Below are positions 19,055-29,300 of a stretch of DNA of 64,000 bases, piece after piece. Both the position numbers and the translations under genes were made by a program. Position 1 is the stretch's first letter; each line of letters opens with the position of its first letter. The stretch is from assembly GCA_963783695.1 (NCBI GenBank), contig CAWAOM010000006.1, positions 546,888 through 610,887 on the forward strand. Reading direction: 5' to 3'. A model generated the notes under the pieces. That model was not told where the DNA came from. It searched no databases and worked only from the letters and a program-made list of their open reading frames with translations. This DNA comes from an uncultured Gammaproteobacteria bacterium. GTDB lineage: Bacteria; Pseudomonadota; Gammaproteobacteria; Steroidobacterales; BM003.

Positions 19055-19834
19055 CTACAGGAATATCTCCCCCTGCAGGTAAAGCACCGCACAGCCGGCG
19101 ATCGTGACGCGCTCGCCGCGGTCCTCGCAAAAAAGCTCGCCGCCGCGCCGCGACAACTGGCGCGCCCGCAACTTCTTGCGGCCAAGCCGCGCCGACCAGT
19201 AGGGCGTCAGCGTGCAGTGAGCGGAACCGGTAACCGGATCCTCCGGAACTCCGACCCCGGGGGCAAAAAACCGCGACACGAAATCGACGTCCTTTCCCGG
19301 CGCGGAGACGATAACGCCGATACGATCCAGCTTCGCGAGACGGTCGAAATCGGGCGTGATCGCCAACACGTCTTCGATGCTGTCGAATACCGCAAGATAG
19401 TAGTCGGCCACAAGAACCTGGCGCGGCACCATGCCGAGAGACATCAGCAATGCCGAGGGCGCATCGACCGTTGCCCCCGGGCGCGCGGGAAAGTCCATTA
19501 TCAGCAATTCGCCCTCGCAATTTACCGTCAGCTCCCCGCCGCGCGATCTGAAAGTCACCGTCTCCCGATCAGGGTGCAGAAAACGCATGACGACCGCCGC
19601 GGCGGCAAGCGTCGCATGCCCGCACAAATCTACTTCCGCTGCCGGTGTGAACCAGCGCAGCCGGTAAGCATCATCCTCGGCAACAAAAAAGGCGGTCTCG
19701 GACAGATTGTTTTCTGCGGCGATAGCTTGCAGCACCTCATCGTCCAACCATTCCGGCAGCGGGCATACAGCGGCCGGGTTACCGCTGAATCGCCGTGCGG
19801 AAAACGCATCGATCTGGTAGATCGGCAACTTCAC
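19055..19834 (-). CDS. PhzF family isomerase
   Basis: DAFS..GNPAAV, NLSETAF, EVDLCGHATLA, EDPVTGSAH; GTG start overlapping the hisN stop. Confidence 0.92.
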   Translation of the reverse strand: MKLPIYQIDAFSARRFSGNPAAVCPLPEWLDDEVLQAIAAENNLSETAFFVAEDDAYRLRWFTPAAEVDLCGHATLAAAAVVMRFLHPDRETVTFRSRGGELTVNCEGELLIMDFPARPGATVDAPSALLMSLGMVPRQVLVADYYLAVFDSIEDVLAITPDFDRLAKLDRIGVIVSAPGKDVDFVSRFFAPGVGVPEDPVTGSAHCTLTPYWSARLGRKKLRARQLSRRGGELFCEDRGERVTIAGCAVLYLQGEIFL

Positions 19835-20592
19835 AGCAAGCCCCCGAGCCGCGGCAGCAACGTCGTATTCGTCGCCAGCACTGATCGTGTGGCGAGATTG
19901 ACCGGTGAACCATCGAGGTCGGTAAACGTGCCACCGGCCTCGGTCACGATCACCCAAAGCGCGGCGATATCGAGGATATTGACGTCGGACTCGATCACCA
20001 TGTCGATTTTTCCCGCGGCCAGCAGATGGTAGTGATAGAAATCGCCGTAACCGCGGATCCGGCCGACCTCGGTGATCAGCTTGCCAAGCCCGGTCCATCG
20101 GTCGCTGCCGGCAAGACTATGAATATTGCCGGTAGAAAGCGTGGCGTCTCGCAGGTCGGAAACCGTGCTGACCCGAAGACGCTGGCCGCCAAGCCAGGCG
20201 CCGGCACCGACCTGCGCGAACGCGAGTTCGTCAAAAGCCGGGGCACTGGAAACACCGAGAATCAGTTTCCCCCGATGCATCAGCGCAATCTGGGTGGAGA
20301 AAAACGGGTACTGCCTGACAAAGCTCTTGGTGCCGTCGATCGGGTCGACCAGCCACAGATAATCCGCCTCCATTCGCGCCTGCCCGGTTTCCTCGCCATA
20401 GAATCCATGCTCCGGAAAGCGCGACTGGATAATTTCCCTTATCGCCTGTTCGGCCTCTACATCCGCCACTGTCACGGGCGTCCGGTCGGACTTGGATCGC
20501 ACCTCGAAATTGCCCTGATAGTAGTGACGAATGATAGATGCGGCTGCGCGGGCTGCCTCGATCGCAGTATCGAGAAAAGCTGAATCGTCCAT
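19831..20592 (-). CDS. Inositol monophosphatase family protein (histidinol-phosphatase HisN-like)
   Basis: GEE, WLVDPIDGTKSF, LDIAA, EAGG. Confidence 0.85.
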   Translation of the reverse strand: MDDSAFLDTAIEAARAAASIIRHYYQGNFEVRSKSDRTPVTVADVEAEQAIREIIQSRFPEHGFYGEETGQARMEADYLWLVDPIDGTKSFVRQYPFFSTQIALMHRGKLILGVSSAPAFDELAFAQVGAGAWLGGQRLRVSTVSDLRDATLSTGNIHSLAGSDRWTGLGKLITEVGRIRGYGDFYHYHLLAAGKIDMVIESDVNILDIAALWVIVTEAGGTFTDLDGSPVNLATRSVLATNTTLLPRLGGLL

Positions 20593-20743
20593 TGCGGTGC
20601 GAACTCTGTGGGGTCGGGCCGGTAATTGTAGCAAGGCTGCAACCGACACCGGCCGCGAAACGAAAACGATGGACATGCCCTAAACTAGCGGCACAGATCA
20701 CACTCGCGGCGGCAGCAGCGGCAGCAGGGAAACAGGAATTTAA

Positions 20744-21304
20744 ATGGGTAACAGACTCACCAAAATTTACACGCGTACCGGCGACGATGGCAGCACAGGG
20801 CTCGGAGATGGCAGCAGGACCGACAAGGACAGCGCCAGAGTCGAGGCTTACGGGAGTGTCGACGAGACCAACTGCACTATTGGCATGGTACTCGCGGTCC
20901 CGGCAGTGGCCGATCCGCTGCGCGGTTACCTGATTGAGATTCAGCATGATTTGTTCGATCTGGGCGGTGAATTGTGCATCCCGGGATTCGAATCCATCCG
21001 CGCATCACAGATCGAACGCCTCGAGCGGCACCTCGATCAACTCAATGCCGATCTGCCCGCGCTAAAGGACTTCATTCTTCCGGGTGGCGGCACAGCCGCC
21101 GCCGCCTGCCATCTTGCTCGCACCACGTGTCGCCGGGCCGAGCGCCGCACCGTGACGCTGGCGCGAACAGAGGCAGTCAGACCCGAAGTGCTGCGCTATC
21201 TCAACCGCCTCTCCGATTTGTTGTTCGTCGCAGCCCGGGTTCTGGCCCGAACCGAATCCGGCGCCGAGGTACTGTGGCGGCGTCAGCGTGACGGGGCCGG
21301 GTAG
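20744..21304 (+). CDS. Cob(I)alamin adenosyltransferase, PduO type
   Basis: KIYTRTGDDG, YGSVDE, RRAER, YLNRLSD. Confidence 0.93.
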   Translation: MGNRLTKIYTRTGDDGSTGLGDGSRTDKDSARVEAYGSVDETNCTIGMVLAVPAVADPLRGYLIEIQHDLFDLGGELCIPGFESIRASQIERLERHLDQLNADLPALKDFILPGGGTAAAACHLARTTCRRAERRTVTLARTEAVRPEVLRYLNRLSDLLFVAARVLARTESGAEVLWRRQRDGAG

Positions 21305-22140
21305 GCCGCAGTCGAACGCACCTCGTCCAGTACAGTGCAAATCTGTCTCGCCCCGTCCACGAGGCGAAGACTGGCACGCCCCGTCAGAGAAGGATTCACG
21401 ACGGCCAGGTTGTTTCGCGCAACGGCGCTGACATCGCGCCAGCGCGACCACTGGGTGGAGAGTTGCTGCGGCGAATCGAGGCCGGCAAGAATGAGCTCGG
21501 GATCACGCTCCAGCACGGTCTCCAAACCGACTACCGCGGCCAGCTCGCGAAGCCCGGCGAAAACATTGCGGCCACCGCACAACTCGATCATCTGGTTGAT
21601 ATAGCTGCGGCCGCCGACGGTATAAAGCGGCTCGAACGAAATCTGATAGAAGACCCGGACCGGTCTACGCGACGAGTAATCGCGGCGCAGTCCGGCCAGG
21701 GCCAGGAGGTACTCGTCCGCGACGAGGTTGGCTTGATGCGATTCGCCGGCAAGTTCTCCGATGCGGCGCAGATGAGCGGCAACGTCTTCCAGCCGCAGCG
21801 GTGCAAAGGTCTCGACGTGCAGCCCGAGCCCGCGCAATCGATCGATGATCTGCGTCGGGTTCCCCCCTTCCCAGGCAAGCACCAGGTCCGGCGCCAGCCC
21901 GACTATTGCCTCGTAATCGACCTGGAACGCGTCGCCAATCCGGGTCAGCCCAAGTGCGGCGGGCGGATAGTCGCTATGGGACACGACCCCAACCAGTCGC
22001 TCCCCGGCGCCGGCACTGAAAACCAGTTCCGTAAGATGCGGAGCGAGACTGACGATGCGCTGCGCCGCGCCGTCCTCGGCAGCCGCCGGCGCGGATCCCA
22101 ACAAGCAAAACACAACCACGAAAACACCGACCCGGCACAC
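21283..22140 (-). CDS. btuF: Cobalamin-binding periplasmic protein (BtuF-like)
   Basis: Signal peptide; RIVSLAPHLTEL, SDYPP, CGGRNVF. Confidence 0.8.
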   Translation of the reverse strand: MCRVGVFVVVFCLLGSAPAAAEDGAAQRIVSLAPHLTELVFSAGAGERLVGVVSHSDYPPAALGLTRIGDAFQVDYEAIVGLAPDLVLAWEGGNPTQIIDRLRGLGLHVETFAPLRLEDVAAHLRRIGELAGESHQANLVADEYLLALAGLRRDYSSRRPVRVFYQISFEPLYTVGGRSYINQMIELCGGRNVFAGLRELAAVVGLETVLERDPELILAGLDSPQQLSTQWSRWRDVSAVARNNLAVVNPSLTGRASLRLVDGARQICTVLDEVRSTAAYPAPSR

Positions 22141-22147
22141 CGCTGAA

Positions 22148-23050
22148 CTAGAAACCCTGACCGAAAAGGGTCATCAACGCGATGGCAATCAGCCACACAA
22201 ACAGGGTGCGATTGACCAGGCGCATCGCCGAACGCACAGCATGCCACTCGGGTGCCCGCCCATCCGTGATCTCCGCCTGCCCCATGGCCCCACAACCCAC
22301 ACTCGCCAGCAACCGGTCGTTGAATTCGTAAAAACGGCCGCGCTCGGCGGGAGCGAACCCGCGCCAGTTGCGGATCGCATCCTCGAAACTCCCCGCCAGC
22401 GCATATCCGAGCGCGAGAAGTCGCGCCGGAATCCATGCCAGCAGGCCATGCAGCGTACGAACAGGATGGAGAAACGCCGCCGTCTTGTTTTCGTCATCGC
22501 GCAGCCGATTCGACTCGAATTTTGCCCGTCGGCGCATCAGGTCGACAACGCGGAAAAACCACGCTCCCGCAGGTCCGGCAACGAGAAACCAGAAAATGAC
22601 ACCGAAAACCCGATTATTGGCCTGAACAAACACCGCTTTCTCAACCGCGGGATAGGAATCCGCATCGGCATCGCGGTCACTCTCCATCAACTCCTTGGCA
22701 CGCCGCGATGTCTCCTCCGCCTCACCGGACTGTATCGCGCTCATGTATTCGTCCATTTCGCGGCCAAGATCGCGTGGACCGAGCGAGAAGACCAGCACCA
22801 GGGCGGCGAAAAGTACATACGGTATATGGTGCAGATGGTCTCCGAAGACTATGACTATCGCTATGACCGGCACGACGAGGAGCGCACAACAAAGCGTCGT
22901 GACAAGGAGTGCGGAAGGACCGGAGAATTTCGAAATGCGATTGAGCGCCCAGTCAAAATAGCGGTCAAACCAGCGCAATTCACGCAGATGCAAAATACGG
23001 GTGAGGAAACGTTCGCAGACCAGCCCCAGCGCAAGCGCCCAGATATTCAT
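22148..23050 (-). CDS. ampE: Regulatory membrane protein AmpE (CobD/CbiB-like)
   Basis: Polytopic; FGVIFWFLVAGPAG, WIPARL, ALAGSF; overlaps the ampD stop. Confidence 0.8.
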   Translation of the reverse strand: MNIWALALGLVCERFLTRILHLRELRWFDRYFDWALNRISKFSGPSALLVTTLCCALLVVPVIAIVIVFGDHLHHIPYVLFAALVLVFSLGPRDLGREMDEYMSAIQSGEAEETSRRAKELMESDRDADADSYPAVEKAVFVQANNRVFGVIFWFLVAGPAGAWFFRVVDLMRRRAKFESNRLRDDENKTAAFLHPVRTLHGLLAWIPARLLALGYALAGSFEDAIRNWRGFAPAERGRFYEFNDRLLASVGCGAMGQAEITDGRAPEWHAVRSAMRLVNRTLFVWLIAIALMTLFGQGF

Positions 23051-23649
23051 GCTGAAACCGCCTCATTGGAAAATGCCTGACTGCGCTTTCGCGCTGCCGC
23101 CACCGCCACGCACCGATCCAGCCGCAGCCAGTCGAAAGATCCACCCGGGTCGGTTTTGCGCCCAGGTGCAATATCCCTGTGCCCCGCTATCGGCACTGCA
23201 GCCAGCGCCGGGTAGGCCAGAGCCAGGGCGGCGAGAACCGTCGCAAGCACTGCGTACTGCTCATCCGTGTAGGGCATGTCGTCGGTTCCCTCGAGTTCGA
23301 TCCCGATCGAAAAATCATTGCATGCCGTGCGGCCAAAATACGCGGACACCCCGGCATGCCACGCACGGTCATTGAACGACACATACTGGGTGACGTGGCC
23401 ACCACGCTCGATCAGCAGGTGCGCGGACACCCTCGCATCAACGATCTGGGCAAAATACGGATGCACGTCCGGGTCGAGGCGGTTCAAAAACAGCGCGTCC
23501 ACCCAGCCGCCGCCGAACTCCCCGGGCGGCAGACTTATACCATGCAATACGACCAGTTCCGGCGCGCACCCTGCGGGGCGCTGATCGCTGTTCGGCGATT
23601 CCAACTGACGGGCCGGACCAAGCAGCCCGGTATCCGGATCGACTTCCAC
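23047..23649 (-). CDS. ampD: 1,6-anhydro-N-acetylmuramyl-L-alanine amidase AmpD
   Basis: VLHGISLPPGEF, VSAH, RAWHAG, SIGIELEG, GHRDIAPGRKTDPG; start 23649 or 23685. Confidence 0.95.
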   Translation of the reverse strand: MEVDPDTGLLGPARQLESPNSDQRPAGCAPELVVLHGISLPPGEFGGGWVDALFLNRLDPDVHPYFAQIVDARVSAHLLIERGGHVTQYVSFNDRAWHAGVSAYFGRTACNDFSIGIELEGTDDMPYTDEQYAVLATVLAALALAYPALAAVPIAGHRDIAPGRKTDPGGSFDWLRLDRCVAVAAARKRSQAFSNEAVSA

Positions 23650-23778
23650 CCCCAACTCCCTATCGAACCGCGAACCCGGCACCATTGTCACGCCTCGACT
23701 CGCCGCGGTAAAGACCTCTCTTGCGGCGACAGCCGGCTGTGCGCACAATCGCGAAATACATCGCGGAGGCAACGCAAA

Positions 23779-25128
23779 TTGAATAACAGCAGACTGGCTG
23801 CAGAAGACCTGCGCTATTTGTGGCATCCATGCACGCAGATGAAAGACCATGAATGGCTGCCGCTTGTGCCAATCCGCCGCGGTCAGGGCGTGTGGCTGGA
23901 AGATTTCGACGGCCACCGCTATCTCGATGCCATCAGCTCGTGGTGGGTCAATCTGTTTGGCCACGCCCACCCCTATATCAATGAGCAGATTCGTGTTCAG
24001 CTCAACGAACTCGAGCATGTCATCCTTGCCGGGTTTACCCATCAGCCCGCGGTCGAGCTGGCGCGGAGACTGGTGGAGATAACGCCCCCGGGTCTGGACA
24101 AGGTCTTTTTCGCGGATAACGGCTCATCAGCGGTAGAAGTCGCACTCAAGATGAGCTTTCACTACTGGCGCAACGCAGGCAAGGCGGACAAGCGCGATTT
24201 TGTCACGCTATCCAACAGCTATCATGGCGAAACCCTCGGCGCATTGGCCGTTGGTGATGTGCAACTCTACAAGGACACCTATGAGCCGCTGCTACTGAAA
24301 GCGATCACGGTTCCTTCCCCGGATTGCTACGGCCGCGCAGCGGGTACCAGCTGCGAGGAGCACAGCAAAGAAGCGTTTACGGCCACGCGCGCGGTGCTGG
24401 AGCGGCACGCGGACAGCGTTTGCGCAATCATTGTCGAGCCACTGGTGCAGTGCGCCGGCGGCATGCGGATGTATGATCCGGTTTACCTGTCGCTGCTGCG
24501 CGAGTGCTGCGATGAGCTCGGAATCCACCTGATTGCCGATGAGATAGCGGTAGGTTTTGGCCGCACTGGCAGCTTGTTTGCCTGCGAACAGGCTGCCATC
24601 TCTCCTGATTTCATGTGCCTGTCCAAGGGACTGACCGGCGGGTACCTGCCTCTGTCTGCCGTACTGACCTCCAATCTGGTCTACGAAGCCTTCTACGACG
24701 ACTACACCAATCTGACCGCGTTTCTCCACTCGCACAGTTACACCGGCAATCCACTTGGCTGCGCAGCCGCACTCGCCACACTCGATCTTCTGGCCGACGG
24801 CACCGTGCTCGAGCGTAATCGCGCAACCGCTGCCTGCATGGCGGCCGCAGTCGCCGATCTTCGGGATCATCCCCACGTCGGAGATATTCGCCAGCGCGGA
24901 ATGATCCTCGCGATCGAGATGGTCGCGGAGCGTGCCGCGCTGACCGCGTTTCCGTGGCAGGAAAGGCGCGGTCTGAAAGTGTATCAACACGGTCTCAAGC
25001 ACGGCGTGTTGTTGCGCCCGCTCGGTAATGTCGTGTATTTCATGCCGCCCTATATCATCGAGGACGAGCATGTCGATTTGATGGCGCGCACGGCCCGTGA
25101 CGGCATCCACGCTGCGACATGCGGTTGA
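23779..25128 (+). CDS. bioA: Adenosylmethionine-8-amino-7-oxononanoate aminotransferase
   Basis: WHPCTQM, SSWWV, SYHGET, DEIAVGFGRTG, SKGLTGGYLP; TTG start after GGAGG. Confidence 0.95.
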   Translation: MNNSRLAAEDLRYLWHPCTQMKDHEWLPLVPIRRGQGVWLEDFDGHRYLDAISSWWVNLFGHAHPYINEQIRVQLNELEHVILAGFTHQPAVELARRLVEITPPGLDKVFFADNGSSAVEVALKMSFHYWRNAGKADKRDFVTLSNSYHGETLGALAVGDVQLYKDTYEPLLLKAITVPSPDCYGRAAGTSCEEHSKEAFTATRAVLERHADSVCAIIVEPLVQCAGGMRMYDPVYLSLLRECCDELGIHLIADEIAVGFGRTGSLFACEQAAISPDFMCLSKGLTGGYLPLSAVLTSNLVYEAFYDDYTNLTAFLHSHSYTGNPLGCAAALATLDLLADGTVLERNRATAACMAAAVADLRDHPHVGDIRQRGMILAIEMVAERAALTAFPWQERRGLKVYQHGLKHGVLLRPLGNVVYFMPPYIIEDEHVDLMARTARDGIHAATCG

Positions 25129-25850
25129 TACGACTGCATGTAGCCACGCCGTTGCGCCCCGGCGCAACCATCGACCTGCCCGATGGCAGCGCCCGCCATG
25201 CCTCCCAGGTGCTGAGAATGCGCGCCGGCGACGAGGCGATCGGGTTCGACGGAAAGGGTCAGCAGTTTCGGATTCGCCTGATCGCGGCAACCCGGCGCGG
25301 CGTTCGTGTCGAAGTTATCGAGGAAGTGCCCGCACTCGACGAGTCACCGTTGCAAGTCACGCTGGCGCACGGCTTGTCCCGGCGCGAAAAAATGGACTGG
25401 GTAATGCAAAAGGCGACCGAACTCGGCGTGAGTCGCATCGTTCCTGTAGTGACCGAGCGCAGCGTCGTCCGGCTTGATGCAGCAAGAGCCGACAAACGCC
25501 TCGCCCACTGGGAGGCGGTGATTGCACATGCCTGCGAGCAGTGCGGAAGATCGCTGCTCCCATCGATAGAACCGACCCTTGGCCTTGGCGATTTTCTTGG
25601 CCAACGCAATCCCGCCGAGGACGGTATCGTGCTCGCACCTGGCGCGCCCGTCCGCCTGGCGGACATCGACCTCGACCCTGCCTGCCTCACGCTGCTGGTT
25701 GGCCCGGAGGGCGGATTGACCCGGGACGAGTACGAAACCGCAAAACACAATGGATTTGCCGCCGCCACACTGGGTCCGCGGACGCTGCGCACCGAGACGG
25801 CCGCACTGGCAGGAATTGCGCTGGCCCAGGCCCGCTGGGGAGATATCTAA
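25119..25850 (+). CDS. rsmE: 16S rRNA m3U1498 methyltransferase
   Basis: QKATELGV, ACEQCGR, VGPEGG, LRTETA. Confidence 0.95.
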   Translation: MRLIRLHVATPLRPGATIDLPDGSARHASQVLRMRAGDEAIGFDGKGQQFRIRLIAATRRGVRVEVIEEVPALDESPLQVTLAHGLSRREKMDWVMQKATELGVSRIVPVVTERSVVRLDAARADKRLAHWEAVIAHACEQCGRSLLPSIEPTLGLGDFLGQRNPAEDGIVLAPGAPVRLADIDLDPACLTLLVGPEGGLTRDEYETAKHNGFAAATLGPRTLRTETAALAGIALAQARWGDI

Positions 25851-26329
25851 AGGGCCATGGCGCGTTGCGACAACGCGGCATGAATCATCGCTTCGAGGCG
25901 CTCGAGGTCAGGAACAAGGGGCTTCTCGTTCAGCATCTGGAGTTGGCATAGCACCACGTCGTCCTCGCCGAACTCCTGCGAATCGTCAACATTCAGAACC
26001 TCGCGGCTAACCCGAACCAGCTGCGGAAATCCCTGAGCTACGATGCCAAAAAACGGGATCGCCAACTGGCCACCAATGGCCTGCACGATCACGACCTTGC
26101 AGCGGGCGCCGAGTTCTGCGACGGGGCGGCCACCGCTGCCTTCGAACGAAATCACCGGGACAGCCCGGCCCGACCAGTCCGCGTAACCGAGCAACCACGG
26201 CGGGCATCCCTCCACCGGTACCGGAGAGTGATACCCGATCACCTCGGCGACACAGGCACGCGGCAGCAGCAAGCGCATGCCATCGAGCGGGATCAGCAGG
26301 CTGTACAGCTCTTCAGCGGAGTCGCTCAT
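25847..26329 (-). CDS. chpC: CheW-like adaptor ChpC
   Basis: LLLPRACVAEVI, WLLG, VPVISFE; last gene of the Pil-Chp operon. Confidence 0.85.
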   Translation of the reverse strand: MSDSAEELYSLLIPLDGMRLLLPRACVAEVIGYHSPVPVEGCPPWLLGYADWSGRAVPVISFEGSGGRPVAELGARCKVVIVQAIGGQLAIPFFGIVAQGFPQLVRVSREVLNVDDSQEFGEDDVVLCQLQMLNEKPLVPDLERLEAMIHAALSQRAMAL

Positions 26330-29300
26330 TGCCCTCTCTCCCCACGCTTACCAAAGGCTCGATCGCATCGAGAAGCTGTGCTTCCTGATACGGCTTGCCG
26401 AGATAATCGTCAACGCCCAGTTCAATTGCGCGGGCACGGTGCTTCGACCCCACTCGCGACGTAATCATGATGATCGGGATGTTCTCGAGACGACTGTCAT
26501 TGCGGATATTGCCGGCCAGTTCGTATCCGTCCATCCGCGGCATTTCGATATCCAGCAAAATAATATCCGGATGATGCTCCTGCAGAATCGCCATCGCATC
26601 GACGCCATCTTTCGCCGTCTGAACGCGCATGCCGTTGCGTTCCAGCAAGCGCTGGGTCACCCTGCGCACGGTAATCGAATCGTCCACGACCAGGACAAAT
26701 GTGCGATCGTCTTCCAATTCCGCCGCCGAGGCGGATGCCGCCGGCTGCACCGCGGTTCGCAACAGAGTCGGCGCATCGAGAATGATCGCGATCCGCCCGT
26801 CACCCATTATCGTCGCGCCGGCAATACCGTCGATCGTCGCAAGCTGCGGACCGACCGATTTCACAACGACTTCACGGCTGCCAAGCAACTCGTCGCCGAT
26901 CAGCGCAGTCGAGTACTCGCCCGCCCGTACCAGCACAACCGGCACCGAGGGACTGTCTTCCGCAAGCGCCGGTATGTCAGCACCGACATACTGCGCAAGG
27001 TACTGGAAACGGTAGTCCTCACCGCCGTATTCATAAACGGGATCCGGCTGTTCCAGCTTGGCAAGAAGCTCCTCGCGTGGGATACGCGCTATCCCTTCGA
27101 CAGAGGTCAGCGGCAGCGCGTAATACTCGTCATTGACGCGCACGATCATTGCCTGTGCAATTGCAAGGGTAAACGGCAGCCGCACCAGAAAACTCGTGCC
27201 CTTACCTTGCTCGGTAGTGACGGAGATGCTGCCACCGAGACGGCGAACCTCATTCGCCACAACGTCCATCCCGACCCCGCGACCGGCCGCCTGGGTCAGT
27301 TCCGCGGCCGTGCTGAAACCGGGTTCGAAAATAAACTGTATCGCCTGCTGGTCGGTACGTATCTTGTCCGCGCCAACCAGACCTCGCGCAACCGCATTCT
27401 CACGTATGGCAGCAATATCGAGGCCCGAACCATCATCGCCGATTTCCACCAGGACTTCGGCACCCTCACGGCGAACGTTGGCCGTGATCCGGCCGGTTTC
27501 CGGTTTACCCGCTGCGCGCCGTTGCTGGGGGAACTCGATGCCGTGCACGACGGCATTTCGCAACATATGTTCGAGCGGCGACAACATCCGCTCGAGAACC
27601 TGCCTGTCCAGCTCTCCGCCGCCGTGCAGCTCCAGCTCTGCGCGTTTGCCGACCTCGGCGGCCACCTGCCGCACAACGCGGCCGAGGCGAGCACCATGAC
27701 GTTCGAATGGCACCATGCGCGTGCGCATCAGACCATGCTGCAGCGCAGTCGTCACCCTGCCCTGCTGAACCAGCAACGCATCGGCATCGCGAATCTGGCC
27801 ATGCATCAGCGAACGGATGCTGTCGACATCGCTGGCCGTCTCCGCAAGCGCGCGCGAGAGTTGCTGAATCAGCGAATAGCGATCGAGTTCGAGAGGATCG
27901 AAATCACCGGCGCCTTCGATCTCGGATTGGTGCCGATGGATGATTTGCGCCTCGGTCTCGATCTCGAGGTTGCGTAACTGGTCCTTCAGGCGCGATACCG
28001 TCTGTGCCAGCTCAGCCAGATTGAACTCGACCGATTTGACCTGCTGGTCGAGTCGGGAGCGAAAAATACTGATCTCGCCGGCATTATTGAGCAATTCCTC
28101 GAGCAGGTCGGCATCGACTCTCGCTACCTCACCACGTTGCTCGCCGCGACCCTGACGGGAAGCTGCGATCTCGGACGCTGCGCCACTGTCATCGCCTTGG
28201 CTTTTGACCGGGGCGACCCCGGCAACAGTCGTGATCGAGAGCGGCTCTGCCTCGCCCCGGTCTTTCTCCTCGAGGGCATCGCCCGCTGCGACAACATCCT
28301 CGCCAACCGCAGTGTCATCGGTGGCAACAGAGTCTTCCGACTCGCCATCCTGTTCGGCGGCAACTGCATCGCGGGTAACGCCATGATCTCCGTCATCGGT
28401 GGCATCCTCGCCCGCAGACAGCTGATCCGCCGCAACCGTCGCGCTCGCAGCATCATCCGCAGTTTCACCCACCACGTCGCTGTGTTGTTCGCGCGTGCCA
28501 GCCGCCGGTTGCTCCGTGACCACCGGCTCCGCGGGCTCAGATGCCTCAGCAACGGCGCCGGGCAAAAACCCGCGAATAGCGTCCGTCACATCCGTCCCCG
28601 GCTGCGGGTAAACACCATCCGCCACGGCTTCACGCATGCGATGCAACTCATCGATGCCGCGCTGGAAGACTGCGCGCAACTTCTCACCGGTTTCGATGTC
28701 ACCGCCACCGACCCGAATCAGCAACGTTTCCATTTCATGGCTTAGATCGCCCATCGGGCGCAGACCCGCCATCCGCGCACCGCCTTTAAGCGTATGCAGG
28801 TGCCGCCGCAACTCCGCGATCGCCTCTTCGTCACTCCAGTCGAAAGACCAGGAGGCAAACGACTGCTCCGCGGCTTCGAGCAATTCGGTCGCCTCCTCGC
28901 AGAAAATCGCAGCGATTTCGGTATCGAATTCCGGGGTCGCGGCAGCGCCGTCTCCGGAGGCAGGCGCGGCCGGTTGATACTCATGAGCATTGCGTTCGAA
29001 CTCGGCGTCGAGCCAGCCAATTCGCGCAACCAGGGATTCGACATCGGGGACGTCGCCAAAGCCGTGTTTCAGCCGCGCAACGATCGCCTCCATTGCCGCC
29101 ACCACCGCCTCACAGGTCTCGAGACCTTCGGCCGAGAGGCCAAGACCCGTGTCGTACAATTTGCGCAGGTAGGCATTCCACGGCGTGGCGACCTCGACCG
29201 CAACGGCAACGCCCGCCATGTTTGCGCTTCCGCTCAGCGTGTGACACGACCGGTGCAGCGCCTCGGTGATCGAGTAAGGGGCGCCAAATGACTCGCAATC

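Noticed and set aside
20593-20743. Possible cobalamin riboswitch upstream of pduO
   Set aside because: No B12-box motifs visible
23179-23778. Apparent 200-aa N-terminal extension of BioA, and the reciprocal extension of AmpD to 24042
   Set aside because: These are overlaps of divergent genes; real starts with RBS are at 23779 (TTG) and about 23649
26277-27977. 566-aa plus-strand ORF
   Set aside because: Antisense shadow of chpA
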